Source: Acidianus infernus (lineage in GTDB: Archaea > Thermoproteota > Thermoprotei_A > Sulfolobales > Sulfolobaceae). Taken from it: a stretch of 24,000 nt of DNA. The stretch is taken from positions 240,666 to 264,665 of the forward strand of contig NZ_WFIY01000004.1 in NCBI RefSeq assembly GCF_009729545.1, written 5' to 3'. Position numbers and translations under genes: made by a program. The notes below the pieces were generated by a model. That model was not told where the DNA came from, searched no databases, and saw only the letters and a list, made by a program, of their open reading frames with translations. Every line of letters starts with the position of its first letter. Within the stretch, counting starts at the first letter, position 1. Below are positions 18,713-24,000 of this stretch, piece by piece.

Positions 18713-19717
18713 GTGACTGACTTGGAAGAGTTTGACAATTCCAAGGATATTGAGACTAGGAAAGTGCAAAAGTTAGGTTCTTCTTCACTTTTCATCACAT
18801 TACCCAAAAAATGGATAAATAAATGGAACATTAAGCCTGGAGATAAAATTTTGATAGAAATTTCCGATGACGGTTCGCTTAAACTTCTTGCAGAGAAGAT
18901 AAAGCTCTTATCTAATAGGAAAACAATAAAAATTGATATAGATGCTATAAAGCAACCAATACCAAGCATGGTTTTATGCCTTTATTCTTTAGGCTACGAT
19001 GAAATAGTATTCGAGTCTAAGAAACAAATTGTTCAAAAAGAGATCGAGGACTTAGTTTCAACAACTAAACAAATGGTTGGTGCAGAAGTAACTGAAGCTT
19101 CAGAGAATAGAGTAAAATTAGAATGCTTATTGGATGCTGAAAAAGTAGGCCTAGAATCTCTATTAAGAAGAATTTTAAACATTATCTCAAAGAAAGTCGA
19201 TGGAATAATATCTTATTTATCTGGAGAACAACCTAAAGATAGTGAATTAACCCAGCAGGAGGACTTAAGAAGAGTTTACTTAATGTTACTAAGGCATGTT
19301 ATAGGAAGTAAATATGAAGTTTCTTCAAATTTAAATAAGAACTTTTTAGTAGTCATGAATGCTGTAATTTTACTTAATATCTCAAGACTAATAGATAGAA
19401 TAGACTCTACGATAAAAACAACTAAACTTAATGAAGATACTCCAATTTTAAAGGAGATCTTACAGAAAATTAATGATCTATTAGACGAAGTAATAATGAG
19501 CATACTATTTCCTAGTATGAAGAGAGTAAGTAATGGGCTAAACTTAATAAATCAAATAAATTCATTGCTACAAGCATTTAATGATAAATCTTCAATAGTC
19601 TATACATCTGTTGTAGATATAATATCTAACTTACAATTGGCATTAGAAAATTCTTCTTGCACTTTATTTTTAGAAGATATGCCTTGGATAGAAAGAAACT
19701 TTAATGTTGTTAAATAA
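18713..19717 (+). CDS. AbrB/SpoVT-domain plus PhoU-like-domain regulator
   Basis: N-terminal swapped-hairpin motif RKVQKLGSSSLFITLPKKWINKWNIKPGDKILIEISDDGSLKL, followed by about 230 aa of helical PhoU-like repeat sequence. GTG start. The stop lies 17 nt before sufC. Confidence 0.75.
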   Translation: MTDLEEFDNSKDIETRKVQKLGSSSLFITLPKKWINKWNIKPGDKILIEISDDGSLKLLAEKIKLLSNRKTIKIDIDAIKQPIPSMVLCLYSLGYDEIVFESKKQIVQKEIEDLVSTTKQMVGAEVTEASENRVKLECLLDAEKVGLESLLRRILNIISKKVDGIISYLSGEQPKDSELTQQEDLRRVYLMLLRHVIGSKYEVSSNLNKNFLVVMNAVILLNISRLIDRIDSTIKTTKLNEDTPILKEILQKINDLLDEVIMSILFPSMKRVSNGLNLINQINSLLQAFNDKSSIVYTSVVDIISNLQLALENSSCTLFLEDMPWIERNFNVVK

Positions 19718-19734
19718 CATATTATTGACAGAAA

Positions 19735-20475
19735 ATGTCAACACTTAAGATAGAAGACCTTCACGTTGAAGTTGAAGGCAAGGAAATCATTAAAGGAATA
19801 TCACTTGAGATAAAAAGTGGAGAAGTTCATGCAATAATGGGACCGAATGGTAGTGGAAAGACTACATTATCTTTAGCAATAATGGGACATCCTAAGTATA
19901 AAATAACAAAAGGAAGAATATTACTTGATGGAGAGGATATTACTAACCTTGAAACTGACCAGAAAGTTAAGAAAGGCTTATTTTTAGCTTTCCAAAATCC
20001 AATAGAAATTAGTGGAGTAAAACTATCTACACTTTTAGTTGCAGAATATAATAGAATATATGGAAGTAATGAATCAGTTACTCAAGTATTCTCTAAAATA
20101 GCTAGTTTATCTAAATCAGTAGGAATATCGGATAGTCTTCTCAACAGAGGAGTATTTGAAGGCTTTAGTGGTGGAGAGAAAAAGAGGGTGGAAATTCTTC
20201 AGTTGCAGATATTAAAGCCTAAATTTGCAATTTTGGACGAACCAGATTCTGGAGTTGACGTTGACGGTTTAAAGATAATTTCTGACGTGATAAAGAAGGT
20301 AAAAGAAGAGAATAATACTGGATATTTAATAATAACTCATTATAGGAGAATCTTAGATTATGTGAATGCAGATAAGATCCATGTGTTGTATAAAGGAAGA
20401 ATTGTAGCAAGCGGAAGCATGGAACTAGCTAAATTAATAGATGAGAAAGGTTACGAAGGGGTAATAAAGCAATAG
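19735..20475 (+). CDS. sufC: Fe-S cluster assembly ATPase SufC
   Basis: Walker A GPNGSGKTT, the signature FSGGEKKR, Walker B ILDEPDSGVD, and H-loop ITHY. Confidence 0.95.
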   Translation: MSTLKIEDLHVEVEGKEIIKGISLEIKSGEVHAIMGPNGSGKTTLSLAIMGHPKYKITKGRILLDGEDITNLETDQKVKKGLFLAFQNPIEISGVKLSTLLVAEYNRIYGSNESVTQVFSKIASLSKSVGISDSLLNRGVFEGFSGGEKKRVEILQLQILKPKFAILDEPDSGVDVDGLKIISDVIKKVKEENNTGYLIITHYRRILDYVNADKIHVLYKGRIVASGSMELAKLIDEKGYEGVIKQ

Positions 20476-20551
20476 CTACTATTTTATCATTTAACTTTAT
20501 AATCTAATTATTTTTGTATTTCTTGAAATATTTTACTTTAGCATGGAAAGG

Positions 20552-20582
<31 letters not shown>

Positions 20583-20591
20583 GGTAGAAAA

Positions 20592-22031
20592 ATGACAGAA
20601 GAGAAAGTGTCAGTAGATATAAACGAGATACTTGATGCTGCCATAGAGGCCAAGTATAATAGAGTAGATCAAATTGAATTTCACAGAAGAGTTGTAGAAA
20701 GCGGATTATCTAGAAGTACAATAGAAGCAATTTCTAAGGCAAAGAAAGAACCAGAATGGATGTTAAGATTAAGGCTGAAATCTTTAGAGTTATTTGAAAA
20801 GCTTCCTACTCCTAACTGGCTACCTGACGTTTTAAGTTCACTTAATGTGTCTAACTTAGAATTATACATAAAACCAGATGTTGAAAGAACAGATAGCTGG
20901 GAACAAATTCCTAAAGAAATAAGGGAATACTACGAGAAGTTAGGTATTCCTCAATCTGAACAAAAAGTTTTAGGAGGATTAGTTGCAGTATTTGAGTCCG
21001 AGCCAATTTATGCCAATGTTAAACAAGAGTTACAGAAAAAAGGAGTAGTAATGATGCCACCAGAAGAGGCAATGGTAAAGTATCCTGATATATTTAAACA
21101 ATACTTTATGAAAATATTCCCAGCTTCGGATCATAAGTTTGCTGCACTCCACGGAGCTTTATGGAGCGGAGGAGTATTCGTTTACGTTCCTAAAGGAGTT
21201 AAGATTACTACTCCAGTTGAAGGATTCTTTGTAATAGGAACTGAAATGGAAGGACAGTTTGAACACACTTTAGTTATTGCAGACGAAGATTCTTATATTC
21301 ACTTTATTGAAGGCTGTTCTGCTCCACAGTTCAAGAACTTTTCATTCCACGATGGTATGGTAGAATTATTTGCAAATGACAATGCCCACATAAAGTTTAC
21401 TACAATTCAAAACTGGAGTAAAAACGTAATAAACTTCAATAACAAGAGAGCTTGGGCAAACAAGAACTCAGTAATAGAATGGGTTGAAGGATCTTTAGGT
21501 TCAAAATACAGCTTCGTGTATCCGTCAACGATACTTAGGGGAGAAGGAGCTTCATCAACTAGCCTGGTAGTAACTTTAGCTTCTGCAGAAGGAGACTGGA
21601 AGGATAGTGGCTCAAAGATGATTCATGCAGCACCTCATACAAGAAGTAGGGTAGTTAATAAAAACATTGGATTTAACGGAGGAGTTAACGTTTATAGAGG
21701 TTTAGTTAAGGTCAATAAAGGTGCTGTAGGTTCAAAAGCATTTGTAAAGTGCGACTCATTAATGCTAGACGAAAAGACGAAGGCTTATACGTTCCCCCAT
21801 AATCAAGTATTTGAAGAAGACGCTGATGTAGCTCACGAAGCTCACACTTTCAGGATGAGCGAAGATCAATTATTCTATCTAATGAGCAGAGGAATAAGCG
21901 AGAAAGAAGCTACTTCAATGTTAGTCCTTGGATTCATGGACGAAATAATGAGAGAATTGCCTTTTGAATACGCTGCAATGTTAAATAAAGTTATAAAATT
22001 AGAGTTAGATAAGTTAGGAGCAGTGGCATAA
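20592..22031 (+). CDS. sufB: Fe-S cluster assembly scaffold protein SufB
   Basis: The SufB beta-helix core (GVFVYVPKGV..., IEGCSAPQF, AHEAHTFRMSEDQLFYLMSRGISEKEA). ATG 20592 (MTEEKVSVDINEILD) is preferred, because the TTG 20514 extension is hydrophobic and not SufB-like. Confidence 0.95.
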   Translation: MTEEKVSVDINEILDAAIEAKYNRVDQIEFHRRVVESGLSRSTIEAISKAKKEPEWMLRLRLKSLELFEKLPTPNWLPDVLSSLNVSNLELYIKPDVERTDSWEQIPKEIREYYEKLGIPQSEQKVLGGLVAVFESEPIYANVKQELQKKGVVMMPPEEAMVKYPDIFKQYFMKIFPASDHKFAALHGALWSGGVFVYVPKGVKITTPVEGFFVIGTEMEGQFEHTLVIADEDSYIHFIEGCSAPQFKNFSFHDGMVELFANDNAHIKFTTIQNWSKNVINFNNKRAWANKNSVIEWVEGSLGSKYSFVYPSTILRGEGASSTSLVVTLASAEGDWKDSGSKMIHAAPHTRSRVVNKNIGFNGGVNVYRGLVKVNKGAVGSKAFVKCDSLMLDEKTKAYTFPHNQVFEEDADVAHEAHTFRMSEDQLFYLMSRGISEKEATSMLVLGFMDEIMRELPFEYAAMLNKVIKLELDKLGAVA

Positions 22032-23180
22032 ATGCCTTTAGTCGATATAGATTCAGCCAAAAGTTTTCTTTCTTCTTTAGAAAATAGATCTGAGAGAGAG
22101 GAGCTCTTTTCAATTTATGAAAGATTACCTTATCAGTTAATTAATGATTCACCTACAGTTAAACATTATACACGATGGGAAAATTTAGATAAGCTTAATT
22201 TAAAAATAGAAAGTTTAGACAGAAAAGGGGGAGTCAATTATCCTAGTATTCCAGGCTATGTAAGGGTTGTAATTCATAATAATTTGGTGAAAGAAACACC
22301 ATTAGAATTTTCATCCAGTGTTGGAAATTCATTAATAAAACCGGAAGACCACAAGCTAGTATCCTTAACTCTTTCTCTATCAAGGAAGTTGGAAATCAAA
22401 CAAGGCGGGAAATACTTAATTTATCATTATACTGACTTAGAAGGAAATTTTTCTCCAATAAATGTTGAGATTAAGGTTCCAGAAGGAGAAAGTACTGACG
22501 TAATATATTATTCCGAAAATAAGGGTAAATCTATGAATTCTGCTGTAATTTCTGCATTAGTAAGTAAGAACTCTTCACTTAACCTTACTTTAGTAAACAA
22601 GGGTAACTCAAGCTATAACTTTGTTTACTCAAAGGCTAAGATCGAAGGTTCCATTAATACTTATATAATATCTTCTGGTTTCTCAGAAGGTCACGTAGAA
22701 TACCATTCTTATCTAGAAGAAGGCGCACAAGCATTCTTTAGTTCTAGAGCTTTAGGCGTTGAGAATAATAATATAGATGTAATAACTAATGTTTATCACG
22801 ACGGTCCTAAAAGCGTCAGTAACGGATTTATGAAATCGGTTTCATCTGGTTCCTCTTTTGTAGTTACTAGAGGAGATGCAAGAATTAACGAGCAAGCAAT
22901 AGATTCTTCAACTTCGATAATTGGTAAAGCAATAATGTTAGGCGAATCTACTGCCGTTGTGGCACCAATGTTAGAAGTTAGAACTGGCAGAGTTATAACA
23001 GCTAAGCACTCAGCTTCAGTTTCTAAGGTTCCAGAGGATTTGATATTTTACCTTCAGAACAGAGGATTTGACAAGAAATCCGCGGAAGGTTTAATAATAA
23101 GGGGCTTTATGGAGGAAGAAGGAGATACTGAAATTGTTAAGAAATTAATAGATGAAATAATTACATCATTAGGTTATTAG
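22032..23180 (+). CDS. sufD: Fe-S cluster assembly protein SufD
   Basis: Starts immediately after the sufB stop. The C-terminus has the SufB/D-family motif (AKHSASVSKVPEDLIFYLQNRGFDKKSAEGLIIRGF). Confidence 0.85.
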   Translation: MPLVDIDSAKSFLSSLENRSEREELFSIYERLPYQLINDSPTVKHYTRWENLDKLNLKIESLDRKGGVNYPSIPGYVRVVIHNNLVKETPLEFSSSVGNSLIKPEDHKLVSLTLSLSRKLEIKQGGKYLIYHYTDLEGNFSPINVEIKVPEGESTDVIYYSENKGKSMNSAVISALVSKNSSLNLTLVNKGNSSYNFVYSKAKIEGSINTYIISSGFSEGHVEYHSYLEEGAQAFFSSRALGVENNNIDVITNVYHDGPKSVSNGFMKSVSSGSSFVVTRGDARINEQAIDSSTSIIGKAIMLGESTAVVAPMLEVRTGRVITAKHSASVSKVPEDLIFYLQNRGFDKKSAEGLIIRGFMEEEGDTEIVKKLIDEIITSLGY

Positions 23181-23258
23181 TTTCGGTCAACTCTCTCTTT
23201 TTACCTTTGTACAAATAAGGATAATATATAGGGGAAGAAGAAAGGTAATACGAGGGCC

Positions 23259-23384
23259 ATGAGAGTAATAACATTTAAAGCAGAAGAAGAGTTGTTACAA
23301 AAGCTCGATTTATATGCAGCTAATAGGAGATTAACTAGGAGCGAAATTATAAGGGATGCAATTAGGAAATATTTAGAGGAATAA
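23259..23384 (+). CDS. Ribbon-helix-helix (CopG/Arc/MetJ-type) DNA-binding protein, 41 aa; not in the ORF track
   Basis: MRVITFKAEEELLQKLDLYAANRRLTRSEIIRDAIRKYLEE follows the RHH pattern: a beta strand (RVITFKA), helix 1, then the helix-2 signature LTRSEIIRDAIRKYL. The TATA-like ATAATATATA at 23221-23230 places a TSS close to the ATG. Confidence 0.65.
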   Translation: MRVITFKAEEELLQKLDLYAANRRLTRSEIIRDAIRKYLEE

Positions 23385-23424
23385 TTTTACGGAAATTTTT
23401 TAGCCTCACTTTTCGATTATTTAA

Positions 23425-23513
<89 letters not shown>

Positions 23514-23667
23514 CCTTCCTTATTTCGAAATATTTTCTCACAAAAAGAAATTTTATAATCTATATATGAATAAGATACAGAGTACGTAAGAAGGGCAAAT
23601 TTAATATTTGATTTTAACCAGTGATGTTAAAAAGTTAATTTATTTAATGTAAATAAATTTTAATATA

Positions 23668-23916
23668 TTGTCTGGTCAATTAGAGAAATTATTTCTTGCA
23701 GATCCTGTTAGATTTGCATTAGAGATTTACTACTTAAGGTTTGATATAGAACATACTGAATTTAAGACGACTAGGGAAGGTTATTTAATGATATACAGAA
23801 AATTTTATCTGCCAGGAATAATTCTTCACGCAGATAAGGAGTGTACTGTGAGAGAATTACTTTCAACGCTGAAGAACGAGGAGAGTAAATTTGTTCTATT
23901 CATAGAACCAAAATAG
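23668..23916 (+). pseudogene. Hypothetical ORF that continues in frame past a TAG stop to the window edge (interrupted gene or two adjacent ORFs)
   Basis: TTG-start 82-aa ORF ending in TAG at 23914-23916. The same frame stays open from 23917 to 24000 (VLLPNFPKKIYPEILMTCDKPNVFRREN). No motif recognised with confidence. Confidence 0.35.
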
Positions 23917-24000
23917 GTACTTTTACCAAACTTTCCTAAGAAAATTTATCCAGAAATATTAATGACTTGTGATAAACCTAACGTGTTCAGAAGAGAAAAC

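Noticed and set aside
23610-23667. GUGAUGU downstream of the tRNA as a possible C box, and the tRNA flank as a possible integration (att) site for a virus or integrative element.
   Set aside because: No D box follows. No integrase, no direct repeat of the tRNA 3' half and no obviously foreign genes are visible within the window.

Overview
This window looks like core chromosome from a Sulfolobales-type crenarchaeon. It is AT-rich, has TATA-box/leaderless gene starts, GGTGA-type Shine-Dalgarno sites inside operons, the cdvABC cell-division operon and an intron-containing tRNA. Nearly all of it is tightly packed housekeeping genes. In order: a 5'-truncated geranylgeranyl-reductase-family gene; several small hypothetical or zinc-ribbon proteins; an Ogg2-type 8-oxoG glycosylase; a serA plus class-V aminotransferase pair; rpoK; topoisomerase III; cdvC-cdvB-cdvA on the minus strand; enolase; an archaeal signal peptidase; the full glycine cleavage system (gcvPB/PA divergent from gcvT/H); a PAC2 proteasome-assembly chaperone with an Hsp20-like protein; an AbrB-PhoU fusion followed by sufCBD; a tiny RHH protein; and a tRNA(CAU) with a short intron. 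I see no CRISPR array, transposase, integrase, toxin-antitoxin pair or recognisable defence island, and I cannot support a claim of a new multi-gene system here. The points worth a second look are smaller. (1) Two intergenic box C/D sRNA candidates are absent from the ORF track, one of them immediately upstream of the cdvA promoter. (2) The essential TOPRIM IAEKP motif of topoisomerase III lies upstream of any in-frame ATG/GTG/TTG. (3) A Ser-rich mini-ORF and a perfect palindrome sit in front of the serine-biosynthesis genes. (4) A poly-lysine-tailed protein overlaps ogg by 59 nt. (5) An AbrB-PhoU gene is tightly linked to suf. (6) There is an unlisted 41-aa RHH gene. (7) An ORF at the right edge is interrupted by an in-frame TAG. 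All homology calls come from recognising motifs by eye; no database search was run.
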